The notes: a model not told the origin generated them from the letters alone. DNA of 64,000 bases from Candidatus Sysuiplasmataceae archaeon (GCA_046706185.1 JBJKPR010000011.1:27150-91149), one strand, 5' to 3'. Positions 1 to 9,106 are shown, numbered from the stretch's first letter. A program made the numbers and translations.

Positions 1-653
1 TGGATGTCTTCGCGGTCGTCCTGGATGTCGAATCATACGAGTCAATAACAGAGGTTGTCAATCTGCTCAAGTCACACTGGGGCGGTGTTGATGTCCTGAT
101 AAACAGCGCAGGAGCGGGGATGGACCAGTTCAACCCCGATTTCACAAGGAAGGCGATGCCTTTCTACTCGTTCAGCCACGAACAGCTGAGAAGGGCGATG
201 GACGTGAACTACATAGGCTGTTTTGCTGTGACGCAGTCTTTCATGCCTGTTTTCATCGAAGAAGGGCATGGCAGAATAATCAACGTAGGCGCCGATGACC
301 ACACGATCTCCATCAGGGGCTTTGCACCTGTGGGGCCGTCCAGGGCTGCGGTGAACGCTCTGACAATGATAATGGCTAGGGAACTGGATGGTTCTGCAAT
401 CACGGCAAACCTGCTCACCCCCGGGGGCTTCGTGTCATCCTCATCGATGCCTGCCGATGCCCCGGAGGAAAGCTTCGGCACTATCCTGTCCCCGGATATA
501 GTGGGTGAACCGGCCGCCTTCCTTTCTTCAGGGATGGCGGAGGGGCTGAACGGCGAGCATGTGGTTGCAACCGGGTTCAAAGAGTGGATTTCGCGGGAAG
601 GCATTGCCCAAAGGTACAGGGAATGGGTTTCCGCCTCTGCAGAGAACGGTTGA
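1..653 (+). CDS. Short-chain dehydrogenase/reductase (SDR) family oxidoreductase, 5' end outside the window
   Basis: The frame of ORF 120..653 stays open back to base 3 (DVFAVVLDVESYESITEVVNLLKSHWGGVDVLINSAGAG...). The SDR-type DVLINxAG segment therefore precedes the listed Met, and the remainder has an SDR-like layout. Confidence 0.7.
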   Translation, partial: DVFAVVLDVESYESITEVVNLLKSHWGGVDVLINSAGAGMDQFNPDFTRKAMPFYSFSHEQLRRAMDVNYIGCFAVTQSFMPVFIEEGHGRIINVGADDHTISIRGFAPVGPSRAAVNALTMIMARELDGSAITANLLTPGGFVSSSSMPADAPEESFGTILSPDIVGEPAAFLSSGMAEGLNGEHVVATGFKEWISREGIAQRYREWVSASAENG

Positions 654-714
654 ACACGAGGGAACGGAACACAGCAGATGCTTCGCACCATGCTGTGCCA
701 GCCTGAAGGAAACC

Positions 715-721
715 TATATAT
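715..721 (+). promoter_or_regulatory. TATA-like box upstream of small ORF 745..897
   Basis: TATATAT lies 24-30 nt upstream of ATG 745. The same spacing recurs at many genes in this window (archaeal, leaderless-type spacing). Confidence 0.4.
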
Positions 722-744
722 CGGCACGGTTACTAGCTTTCAAT

Positions 745-897
745 ATGAGTGCGGAGAAAGCGCCATCACGGTTCAAATGCTGGTTTTGCGGCAGGGAGTT
801 TGATACGGAGGAGAGAGCTAACGAGTGCCACAATGCCGGCAGTTACCCTGTTTACAGAGACGGGACAAAGAGGAAAAGGAACCCGTTCGGCAACTAG
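745..897 (+). CDS. Small zinc-finger-like protein (50 aa)
   Basis: This is the internal Met of ORF 559..897: MSAEKAPSRFKCWFCGREFDTEERANECHNAG has C-x2-C...C-H spacing. It has its own TATA-like box at -24 to -30. The upstream part of the listed ORF overlaps the SDR 3' end. Confidence 0.45.
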   Translation: MSAEKAPSRFKCWFCGREFDTEERANECHNAGSYPVYRDGTKRKRNPFGN

Positions 898-1370
898 CCC
901 CTTCCGCAATATTCCTTGAATTCGCAGCTGCGACATTTCCAGAGAAGCTCTGTCTTTTCGCCTGAACCGTGCCTCATTCTGTGGATCACAGACAGAACAT
1001 AGTCCCTGTTCCTGCCGTTCCATGGGATATCGAATGTGGCATCCCGGTAGACAAGTTCTCCCATCCGCACTGGCCCGATGCACTCCTCCACAATGAGGCA
1101 GTAGGCAAGCACCTGTGCCACATCCCACTGCCTGGCAGTGCCGTGACAGGCTGCACTCTTGTGCTCCACCGGAATGAAGAAGTTACTCCTGCGGACCACC
1201 TCGTCGGGCCTGCCAACAAGCCCCGTCCGCCTGGCAAAATACGGGTCTCCACCGCGCATTACCATGTCCTGGCTCACGACCCTGATCCTCGACCTGCTCC
1301 AAAGATAGAGCATCACCGCGCCTGATGATGCTGCCAGGACGGAGAGGACAACGCTCAATACAGGAACCAT
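894..1370 (-). CDS. Cas4-like PD-(D/E)XK nuclease, C-terminal core segment (possibly part of a frameshifted gene)
   Basis: Motifs GRPDEVV, IPVEHKS (ExK), AQVLAYCLIVEE (QxxxY) and C-terminal KCRSCEFKEYC (C-x2-C-x5-C) match the Cas4/DUF83 pattern. ATG 1370 is followed by a hydrophobic segment. The longer track ORF (to 1595) has an Arg/Cys-rich extension overlapping the other frame. Confidence 0.6.
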   Translation of the reverse strand: MVPVLSVVLSVLAASSGAVMLYLWSRSRIRVVSQDMVMRGGDPYFARRTGLVGRPDEVVRRSNFFIPVEHKSAACHGTARQWDVAQVLAYCLIVEECIGPVRMGELVYRDATFDIPWNGRNRDYVLSVIHRMRHGSGEKTELLWKCRSCEFKEYCGRG

Positions 1371-1642
1371 ATTGCCACGGCAACCGCAACAAGCAGGAAA
1401 GAGGCGAGAAGCATCAGATGCTGCGCAGCCACCCTGCCCAGAAGCGCTGCGCCCTTTCGCCTGTGGTAGCTGGAACCGCTGCCCTTCCTCTCGCGGACGG
1501 CAACAGGCTCTGAATAACCAGCAGGAGGATTTCTGCCGAGCCTGTACTTCCGCTCGCAGTACACAAAAGTTGCTATTCCGGATGCGCTGAGCCATCCGTC
1601 CCCGCCCTCGTCTTTCCCATCAAACAGAGACACGGACACCAA
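1355..1642 (-). CDS. Cas4-like nuclease, N-terminal segment with the first conserved Cys and a hydrophobic tail
   Basis: GWLSASGIATFVYCERKYRL resembles the Cas4 N-terminal Cys motif. The ORF ends in a hydrophobic stretch (LMLLASFLLVAVAVAIWFLY) and overlaps the next segment by 16 nt in another frame. It has a TTG start at 1642 with a TATA box at -30 to -37. Confidence 0.5.
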   Translation of the reverse strand: MVSVSLFDGKDEGGDGWLSASGIATFVYCERKYRLGRNPPAGYSEPVAVRERKGSGSSYHRRKGAALLGRVAAQHLMLLASFLLVAVAVAIWFLY

Positions 1643-1671
1643 GCCTCTTCCTCATCGGTCAGCCACACGAG

Positions 1672-1679
1672 TATTTAAA
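1672..1679 (-). promoter_or_regulatory. TATA box for the Cas4-like gene
   Basis: The plus strand reads TATTTAAA (TTTAAATA on the minus strand), 30-37 nt upstream of the TTG at 1642. Confidence 0.45.
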
Positions 1680-1721
1680 GCAGGCCGAGGGGGTGGCCAA
1701 ACGCGGTCCGGAGAGGCAGGC

Positions 1722-2783
1722 TCAGGTTTCAGTGAATGTGAAGCGTATCCCCTTCCTTCTCAGCAGCGAGATGAACTCCATGAACTGCCGGTCGAAGAAG
1801 CCGAAGTACTCCGGCGGGTATGTGCCGCTGGCGTCGACCATGCCGTCTGCCAGTATCCTGGCCATTGAAGAGGCGGCATAGCCTGTCATTCTTGCCATCG
1901 ACTTTGTGCCTGTCTTCTGGCTGTACCTGTCTGTGTTCACATATTCAAGCCGCTTCCCGTTGGTTCCAGTAACCCTGGTCAGGCACGTGTCCCTGAACTC
2001 AGTCCCGAAGGCGGCGAACAGCGCCTCCGTGAGCCTTCTAGGAACCATCCCTCCTACTTTCTCATTCGAGAAGTAGCCGAAATCTCTCAGCATCTTCATC
2101 GCCTGCAGATGACCTGGATATCTCATCGTCTTTTCGTACATGCTGTCCACCCTTACGGTCTTCAACAGTGTCCGGAGGCCGTCGGAGTAGAACCCCTCAA
2201 GCTCCCACTTGCCAAAGCCCACCTTGGTGATTTCAGACAGCGGGTCGACAGAAGCGACCTGCCCATCCCTGACAATTCTCGCCGGGCGTGTGTATTCATC
2301 TATAAGCCCCTCGACATTGAAAGTGACTGCGTGGTTGAACGGACCAGAGTGCTCCAGCGGCAGCCCCGCGACGAATATCTCTATGCTGCGCACGTTCTCC
2401 TTCTTGTAAAGCCTGCCGGCCAGTACGTTTGTTATGCCGGGGGCGTACCCTGCATCCGGAACATACACCGTTCCCTGCTTCCGTGCAAGTGCATCCAGCG
2501 TCAGCGGATCCTCCTCCATGAACGAAGTATCCACCACCGTCTTTCCCATGCTGAGCAGCCTCCTGACGACGTTGTACGATATGCTTCCTGGCAGGGTTGT
2601 CACAACGATCTCGGAGCGCTCAAGGAGATGTCTCCTGCTGAAGACATCATCCGCGTACTTTCTCTTGATGGAAAGACGCGAAAGTGCCTCCCTTGACCGG
2701 TCAAAGGCCGCCACCTCAAAATCTGACGAAAGATCTTCGATGACTGCCGAACCGACGAGCCCCGCACCGACGACAGTGATCAT
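1722..2783 (-). CDS. Saccharopine dehydrogenase-like NAD(P)-binding oxidoreductase
   Basis: MITVVGAGLVGSAVIEDL is a Rossmann start, and the length and layout fit the saccharopine dehydrogenase family. I prefer ATG 2783 over the TTG at 2801 because a TATA box sits 24-30 nt upstream of 2783. Confidence 0.7.
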   Translation of the reverse strand: MITVVGAGLVGSAVIEDLSSDFEVAAFDRSREALSRLSIKRKYADDVFSRRHLLERSEIVVTTLPGSISYNVVRRLLSMGKTVVDTSFMEEDPLTLDALARKQGTVYVPDAGYAPGITNVLAGRLYKKENVRSIEIFVAGLPLEHSGPFNHAVTFNVEGLIDEYTRPARIVRDGQVASVDPLSEITKVGFGKWELEGFYSDGLRTLLKTVRVDSMYEKTMRYPGHLQAMKMLRDFGYFSNEKVGGMVPRRLTEALFAAFGTEFRDTCLTRVTGTNGKRLEYVNTDRYSQKTGTKSMARMTGYAASSMARILADGMVDASGTYPPEYFGFFDRQFMEFISLLRRKGIRFTFTET

Positions 2784-2806
2784 CGTGAACGCATAAGGCA
2801 ATGCAC

Positions 2807-2813
2807 TTTAATA
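2807..2813 (-). promoter_or_regulatory. TATA box for the saccharopine dehydrogenase-like gene
   Basis: The plus strand reads TTTAATA (TATTAAA on the minus strand), 24-30 nt upstream of ATG 2783. Confidence 0.45.
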
Positions 2814-2870
2814 GACTGTCGAATCGACGCGTCGGGCGGGCGGATTATCATGGATTGTTCCACGATGAAA

Positions 2871-3482
2871 CTACTTATGCTTTAGGCGTGGAACGTACAC
2901 GACAAGAGACGAAGGGAAAGGGTTCCTGACCTTTTTCAGGTCCAGCCTCTTCATCAGCGTGGACCAGATGTACGGAGTGACTTCGATACCTGTCATGGCT
3001 GAGATGTTTCTCTTGTCCGTCTGAGTGATCAGGTAGCCCTGCCTGACAAGCTGCTCCTCTGCAGCTGCGGCCAGCTTCGTCCACGTCTCCTCCGAGATCC
3101 GTGACCCTGCTGGAAACAGCGCGTACCCCCCTCCGGCTGCTTGCTGTCTGCCGTGAGAATGGAGGTCATCCTGGGCCGTGGAACCGGCGACTTTTCCCTG
3201 GAGGTTGCCCGCACGGAGACGGGACTCGACTGAGAGGAGGATCCCTCGGCACGCGGAGCTGGTGATGGATGCCATCTGTACTGTCTTCAGGACGGAGTCC
3301 CTTCTCAGGTCCACAAACGAATCGACTATGCCGCGGAGGGAAGCAGAGCTTTCCCTTGCGGGCTGAAATGAGCTGTCCAGGTCATCCTCTATAGGAAATG
3401 AAGATGCAACTGCGAACGGGAACCTGTCCCTGCCTATGTAGTAGTAGTGTTCCGGCCCGTCTTCAAGTATAGCGTCAGACAT
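2871..3482 (-). CDS. Hypothetical protein (possible C-terminal winged-helix segment)
   Basis: A 203-aa ORF with an ATG start and a TATA box at -23 to -31. I recognise no family. The C-terminal EEQLVRQGYLITQT resembles a wHTH recognition region, but this is weak. Confidence 0.55.
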   Translation of the reverse strand: MSDAILEDGPEHYYYIGRDRFPFAVASSFPIEDDLDSSFQPARESSASLRGIVDSFVDLRRDSVLKTVQMASITSSACRGILLSVESRLRAGNLQGKVAGSTAQDDLHSHGRQQAAGGGYALFPAGSRISEETWTKLAAAAEEQLVRQGYLITQTDKRNISAMTGIEVTPYIWSTLMKRLDLKKVRNPFPSSLVVYVPRLKHK

Positions 3483-3504
3483 TAGTCAGACATCGACCTG
3501 TGTG

Positions 3505-3513
3505 TATTTAAAA
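3505..3513 (-). promoter_or_regulatory. TATA box for hypothetical gene 2871..3482
   Basis: The plus strand reads TATTTAAAA, 23-31 nt upstream of ATG 3482 on the minus strand. Confidence 0.45.
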
Positions 3514-3658
3514 CTGACCAACGGCAGCCTGACTCGTACATGGAGAGATGCTCTCAACCGGGCATTAGCCAGCTCAATATCAAGAGAGATAGCATGACTA
3601 TTTTCGTTTAAATACAGTCGCACGGCATATTTCAGAAAAGTGAGCTGCCACCAGTCAG

Positions 3659-6600
3659 ATGCACAAAGCCAGGAATCAGGTCAAGATGGGAGAGGAATTC
3701 ATAACACCTAAGGGCGTATTTGAGGCGCCGCAGGAGAATGCAGCCTTCCGGGACAAGCCAGCTGGAATGAGGAGGTTCTCGGCAGGGCCAATAGCTTCAG
3801 CAATAGAGTCGCTCTCAGAGGCCGGTGACTGGAGGTCTCTCCTCTCAGGCTACGTGGCGAAGGTCTCGGGACAGGCAAGAGAGTTGTTCGCTGTTTTTGT
3901 AGTCGTGAGCAGGGATCTGCAGCTCAGATGGACAACACACCAGGACATGATCGACCAGGGTGCACAGCTGAAGTATGAGGAGCTGCTTCCGCTGAATGCC
4001 GACTTCGGTGACCCGGTCAAGACAATAAGGGGCCCATCATCAGGCATAACACTCATAGATGAAATTGCACTGTCGACCGGTTCCAGCGAGTTCACTCTCT
4101 TCAGGGGCACAGGGAGGGGAAGCGCGACTCTCTATCTCTATACCGGCGGAAGGAGAAAGCTGACCGAGGAGGAGGCCGTCTCATTTTCCTACGTAACAGC
4201 AGTTTTTGATGCAATAATAAAGAGGGAGTTTTCAGTGGGCGAACAGCTTGCCCATTCAGCAAGGCTCTCGGCTGCAATCGAGCTTGGAAGGCAGATTGGC
4301 GACAATGCGCTCGCAGGAAGTTTCATGAACAGGGCTGCAGACACGATACAGAAGAAGATAGGCATAGACTACGTCGCCCTGATGGTTCTGGATGACAAGA
4401 AGAGAGAGGTGGAATTTGCAGGGATCAGCGAGTCGCTTACACCCCTCTATGATACGCCACAGAGCATGAAACCGGGGAACGTGATACTCGCGGCCCTCGG
4501 GCAGAAGGAGCCTCTCATAATCAATGAAATAGAGAACAGCGGGTACAGGCCCCTGGGGACAGGTGTCAGATGGGCGGCCCTTGTCCCTCTTGACACGCAT
4601 TCGAAGAGGAACGCACTTCTTGTGCTGGAAAGCAAGAGCCCGTCTCCATACAGCGATGGAGAGCTGAAGGACATAGAGATTGTGTCATCTCTGCTTTCAG
4701 ACAGACTCTCCACCAGCATCTCAGTTGCTGAAAAGGAGAGAAAGGTTCTGGTGAGGAACATGCTTCTCGAGGAACTTCTGCTGCTCCACAGGCAGTCAGA
4801 CCCTGCCAAGATAGCAGAGGAAGCACTTTCATTCATAGAATCGGTTGTCCCCTCCACAATTTCTGTGTTCTACGCGCTGAACGAATCCAGGACAACGCTC
4901 ATACCTGTCACTTCAAGAGGATTCTTTGCGGAGGAGATGCTCTCATACTCAGTCCCTGTGGGTGAAGGAATTGTGGGCAAGGCGATTTCCAGCGACATGC
5001 CCGAGGTCATAAATGATGCACATGCCGACCTCAGGGCGATCAATCTGCCAGGCGGGTCTGGAGAGCCTGAATCCATACTCGTCATGCCGATAAAGAGCAT
5101 CAAGGAGGACATAGGCGTCATCACGCTCCACAGGTCCGGCAGGAAGGGGTTTTCAGCCGAGGATCTTGACTCCATCACTCTCATCTCCAGGCAACTTTCG
5201 ACGGTGATGGAGAGGGCAAACGCAACAGTGGAGATGAGAAAGGTCGTTTCAGAGAAGGAGGCGGAGGCAACACTCACATCGCAGCTCGCGGATGAGTTCA
5301 TAGCGGCACTGTCCGATGAAAGGCTCGAAGCGCTCCCAGGACAGATACTCAGGAAGTGCACTGAAACAGCCGGATGTGAATCGGGCTGCCTTTTCATCAG
5401 GCTTGGAAGTTACGAGGAGTTCAAGTGCGTTGCACAGCGCCCAACATCGAAGCTCACAGGAAAGAAGGAAGTCAGACATGAAGACATCGAGTCCCTGAAG
5501 AAGGAGTCTGTACACCTTGCAAACAACACTTACGTTCTGGAGGACGGCTACAAGGTGGAGGATGCCTGTGAGAATCTGGGCATAGGAATGGACAGGAACG
5601 CACTGAAGTACGAGATGGACAACATCAGACCATATCTGATGCTTTACCACGAGGAGAGCGTGCCCGGGTGCGAGACAGTTTTTGCAGGGGTGGGTTATAC
5701 GCTTTCAAAATCAAAGCAGCTCTTCAGGGGATATCTGCTTCAGAAGCTTCTCAACTTTTTTGAGATCAGGTATTCCAGAATACACGACAGGAAGGCAGAC
5801 ACCGATGAGCTCCTGAGGACAAAGAAAGCCTCCTACTTCAAGGATGCAGTCTATGCGGAGACAGACCTTGGCAGGCTCTTCGAGAAAGTCGTTCCCATCA
5901 TTGGCGACCTCGTCGGTGCATCCATGGTTTCCATCTACCTTGCCAACTACACTACATCCTCCTTCGAGGTTGAAGCATCCTGCACCTACAACGGAATGAG
6001 TGATCCTCCGGAAAAGATGGTTATGAGCCAGGCAGGGAAGCTTCTCAGCTCCCTCGACACTCACAAGAAGGTCGTGAGGATTGCGGGGGAGGAGGATGGG
6101 CCGTTCAGCTCACTCTTCTCACACCCGATGCTGGTGGGGAAGATCTCCTCAATGGACGGGCTCGACTATGTGGTCATAGCTGCGTTCGAGCAGGAGACTG
6201 ACCTGTCCGCTGCTGACAAGCTCCTGCCAGACCTCCTCAAGGCACTTTCATCGAAGGTGAGGCAACTTACAGCCCTCAACCGGGAAAGGCAGAGGACAGG
6301 GCTTCTGAACCTTATAGACGACATATCCCGGACGATAACAAAGCAGGGGGAGTTCTCACGAATGCTTGATGCTGTTTCATCTGCTGCCGGCCACCTGATT
6401 GGTGCGGAGTATTCCCTTGTGGGTTTCATGAATGCGTCGAACATCGAGTGGAGCGGTTACTACGAAACAAGGGTCCCGGAGGCTGTAGAAAGGCTTGCAG
6501 TGAGGTCGATGGAGAAGGGGGAGGAGAGCATAGTCAACGACATGTCAGGGCTTGAGATAGGGCCGGATGAGGATATGCCCGGTTCAATCAGCAATCTGAT

Positions 6601-7753
6601 GGTTTTTCCTGTGACAAGGAAGGAATCAAACCTGCCTGCAGTCTTCATACTGCTCTTCAACAAGCTTAATGGAGAAGGTTTCAACGAAAACGACGCATGG
6701 ATACTTGAACGGCTCGGTTCGAACATTCTTGGCTCGATAAAGACAATAGAGGCGCTCAAGCAGGAAAAGATAATGAAGAGGAAGGCAGAGCTGAAGAAGG
6801 CAGAGCTCTCAGAACTCCTCGACGGTATCGAGGGGGGCATAATAAGGCTTGACAGTGATGGAGCGGTCTCCTTTGCAAACAGCGAGGCAAGGAGGATGTT
6901 CTCACTATCACAGAACGACTCGTCGCAGAAGATCGTAGAGCTGCTCAGCGATACGGACTCGCTTCAGGTGATTGATCTGCTTGATTCCCTGAAGAAAGGG
7001 GAGAGGTTCGAAGGCACTTATACATTCAAGGTTGAGGGAGCGCTCAAAAGAATATCTGTTTCTGGAAAGCAGATCGTGGATCATGGCAAGAGGAAGGGCA
7101 CCGTGCTCTTCACAAGGGTTGAGGGAACAGTCAGGGAAGGGGCTCTCGAGGCTCAGGGGCTGACGGGTCTGGCCATCGAGAAGCACGCAGAGATAAGGAA
7201 CATGCGCTTCGAGATGAGAAGGGGCTTCAGCTATGCCATATCGGAGGAAAAGCCCTCTGTTGCCTACGCCACGCTGCTCGACCTGCTGGCCGCAGGGTTT
7301 GAGGCGCTGGTGATAAGCAGGGACCATCCGTCGCGTCTCAGCGAAAAATACAATCTTGGCAAGTCCGACCTGCGGTGGCTTACCCAGGTGGTGGGAAACA
7401 ATAATCTTGACCCCTCGAAGCTTTCAGTCATAACAAGTGCAATCATCACTTTCCTGGAAAAGCATGAGAACTCAGTTATTTTCATTGACGGCCTTGAATA
7501 TCTGCTTGCAAACAACAACATGATCAGGGTGATAGCGATGCTGGAGAACGTGATGCAGAAGGTCGTCGACAACGGTGCGGTCGTGATAGCGGCGATCAAC
7601 AGGCTCACGTTCGACCAGAAGGACCTTGCCATGATAGGCAAGATGTTCGAGGAACTTGACACGAATGAGCTGAAGAAGAAATACCTCAACAGAGAGATCG
7701 AGGAATTTGGGGAAGGTAAGGATGATTCGTCAAACATCGATGCAAACGATTAA
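3659..7753 (+). CDS. Large cytoplasmic sensor protein: multiple GAF-like domains, one PAS-like domain, C-terminal DUF835 domain
   Basis: A 1364-aa ORF with several repeated GAF-like segments (e.g. ...GEGIVGKAISSDMPEVINDAH...VMPIKS...GVITLHR). A PAS-like segment follows (LLDGIEGGIIRLDSDGAVSFANSEARRMF). The C-terminus (GFEALVISRDHPSRLSEKY...LRWLTQV...VIFIDGLEYLLANNN...) matches the archaeal DUF835 pattern. A TTTAAATA element lies at 3607..3614. Confidence 0.8.
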   Translation: MHKARNQVKMGEEFITPKGVFEAPQENAAFRDKPAGMRRFSAGPIASAIESLSEAGDWRSLLSGYVAKVSGQARELFAVFVVVSRDLQLRWTTHQDMIDQGAQLKYEELLPLNADFGDPVKTIRGPSSGITLIDEIALSTGSSEFTLFRGTGRGSATLYLYTGGRRKLTEEEAVSFSYVTAVFDAIIKREFSVGEQLAHSARLSAAIELGRQIGDNALAGSFMNRAADTIQKKIGIDYVALMVLDDKKREVEFAGISESLTPLYDTPQSMKPGNVILAALGQKEPLIINEIENSGYRPLGTGVRWAALVPLDTHSKRNALLVLESKSPSPYSDGELKDIEIVSSLLSDRLSTSISVAEKERKVLVRNMLLEELLLLHRQSDPAKIAEEALSFIESVVPSTISVFYALNESRTTLIPVTSRGFFAEEMLSYSVPVGEGIVGKAISSDMPEVINDAHADLRAINLPGGSGEPESILVMPIKSIKEDIGVITLHRSGRKGFSAEDLDSITLISRQLSTVMERANATVEMRKVVSEKEAEATLTSQLADEFIAALSDERLEALPGQILRKCTETAGCESGCLFIRLGSYEEFKCVAQRPTSKLTGKKEVRHEDIESLKKESVHLANNTYVLEDGYKVEDACENLGIGMDRNALKYEMDNIRPYLMLYHEESVPGCETVFAGVGYTLSKSKQLFRGYLLQKLLNFFEIRYSRIHDRKADTDELLRTKKASYFKDAVYAETDLGRLFEKVVPIIGDLVGASMVSIYLANYTTSSFEVEASCTYNGMSDPPEKMVMSQAGKLLSSLDTHKKVVRIAGEEDGPFSSLFSHPMLVGKISSMDGLDYVVIAAFEQETDLSAADKLLPDLLKALSSKVRQLTALNRERQRTGLLNLIDDISRTITKQGEFSRMLDAVSSAAGHLIGAEYSLVGFMNASNIEWSGYYETRVPEAVERLAVRSMEKGEESIVNDMSGLEIGPDEDMPGSISNLMVFPVTRKESNLPAVFILLFNKLNGEGFNENDAWILERLGSNILGSIKTIEALKQEKIMKRKAELKKAELSELLDGIEGGIIRLDSDGAVSFANSEARRMFSLSQNDSSQKIVELLSDTDSLQVIDLLDSLKKGERFEGTYTFKVEGALKRISVSGKQIVDHGKRKGTVLFTRVEGTVREGALEAQGLTGLAIEKHAEIRNMRFEMRRGFSYAISEEKPSVAYATLLDLLAAGFEALVISRDHPSRLSEKYNLGKSDLRWLTQVVGNNNLDPSKLSVITSAIITFLEKHENSVIFIDGLEYLLANNNMIRVIAMLENVMQKVVDNGAVVIAAINRLTFDQKDLAMIGKMFEELDTNELKKKYLNREIEEFGEGKDDSSNIDAND

Positions 7754-7849
7754 AAACAGCATACCATTACACTGCTTGCTTTCCTGTTTTGCCTGTTGAG
7801 AGGGTGCGCGAGCATGCGTGGAGCAGAGGGGAGCGGGAAGTGCGTTTGA

Positions 7850-8098
7850 ATGGGCGGGGCCGGTATGATCCAGGTTGCATGTGAAAACTGTGGCGCACAG
7901 ATAGACCTCGACGCGGTCAGTGTCGCCACGAAGAGGAAGCTGCACAAGACTGTCGAATGCGCAATATGCAGGAATGCCAGAGTCTCAAGGGATATGGAAT
8001 TGCTGACGCAGATATTCTACGGCATGTACGAGGAGGAGACTGACTTCGGTGAACTCAGAAAAAGGCTCAAACCGTTTGAGCCAGTAAGCTTCTTCTAA
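7850..8098 (+). CDS. Small zinc-ribbon protein
   Basis: CENCG...x28...CAICR gives two C-x2-C pairs in an 82-aa ORF. An alternative ATG is at 7865. There is no clear TATA box. Confidence 0.45.
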   Translation: MGGAGMIQVACENCGAQIDLDAVSVATKRKLHKTVECAICRNARVSRDMELLTQIFYGMYEEETDFGELRKRLKPFEPVSFF

Positions 8099-8556
8099 CG
8101 CTTTTTGTTTTTCTTTTCAATGTGTTCAAACACCGCCGGAACGATTCTGAACAGAGACAGGAGGGCGGCAATGAGGGCCAACGGAAACAGGCTCACAGAG
8201 AGTGAATACTTGCCTACGACGATGAACGAATATTCCCTTCCGAATATGTAGATTGAGTATAGTGCGGTGAGGCACTGGGCCGCTGCCCTGAGGGACAGCC
8301 CCGAAATACGTTCGTTCCCAAGCAGGGAGGCGAATATCGAGGCTATCGTTATCGCCATGCCGGTGTATGTAATGTCCGCAGTTGCGTTGCCCAGGTTCTG
8401 GCTGACGGGAAGGCTGTTGCCGGCAACGACTGTTGTGTACACGCCTATGAGCGTAAGCGGAAGCACGACGAATAAGAACACACTCTTCATTGCAGAGACG
8501 GCTGCACTCCCTGTATGAAGAGGATATTGAACGGGTGCCATGCTGCTCACCACCAC
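8095..8556 (-). CDS. Integral membrane protein, unknown function
   Basis: About four hydrophobic helices. GTG 8556 overlaps the stop of the upstream ORF, and an alternative ATG at 8541 lies 5 nt after it. It is probably co-transcribed with 8547..9083. Confidence 0.6.
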   Translation of the reverse strand: MVVSSMAPVQYPLHTGSAAVSAMKSVFLFVVLPLTLIGVYTTVVAGNSLPVSQNLGNATADITYTGMAITIASIFASLLGNERISGLSLRAAAQCLTALYSIYIFGREYSFIVVGKYSLSVSLFPLALIAALLSLFRIVPAVFEHIEKKNKKR

Positions 8557-9083
8557 ATCCAGCGCATCCCGCCGGCGGCGGATGCGAGAGCAGAGGGTGT
8601 TATCTGAATGCCTGTCGTGAGGACAACCCTGAAACTTATGGCGCCGAGGGCATACCTGCCGGAGAGGGTGATTGAGATTGTAACATTTGTGGTTCCCGAC
8701 GGACCTGTCTGAGAATAGAGTGCCTGGAGAGCGCTGAACGGGACGGGTATGGATACGTTGAGCCCAAGTTCACGGCCGGGAGGGATTGAGGGGAGGGTGC
8801 CGGTGTAGTTGTAAAGGTTAGCGTTGCTGCTTGAGAGAATCTCGGCGTTGTAGAGCAGGCCGTATATTGAATATATCCCCTGGTTGTTGACATCCACCGT
8901 ACCGTTGATATAGAGTATTCCTCCACCGGCATGCTCGGCAAAGCCGCCGGAGCCGGGTACGGTCGCGCTCACCTTCCCCTGCGCTACAGGTACTATGACT
9001 GAAACAATGAAAAGCATGAGGAGAACGCCGGCCAACGTTATTGCCGTCCTCGAGGCTCTCCTCGCAGACCCGGCTGCATTCAC
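8547..9083 (-). CDS. Secreted or membrane-anchored protein with N-glycosylation sequons, unknown function
   Basis: It has a basic N-terminus followed by a hydrophobic segment (RRASRTAITLAGVLLMLFIVSVIVPVAQG). It carries several N-x-S/T sites and uses a GTG start at 9083 with a TATA box at -24 to -30. Confidence 0.6.
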   Translation of the reverse strand: MNAAGSARRASRTAITLAGVLLMLFIVSVIVPVAQGKVSATVPGSGGFAEHAGGGILYINGTVDVNNQGIYSIYGLLYNAEILSSSNANLYNYTGTLPSIPPGRELGLNVSIPVPFSALQALYSQTGPSGTTNVTISITLSGRYALGAISFRVVLTTGIQITPSALASAAGGMRWMWW

Positions 9084-9106
9084 AGCGCCAAAGTTCAGTT
9101 CATCCG

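Noticed and set aside
209-727. A 172-aa minus-strand ORF antisense to the SDR gene.
   Set aside because: The plus-strand frame carries SDR motifs and continues to the window edge. The antisense product has no recognisable features.
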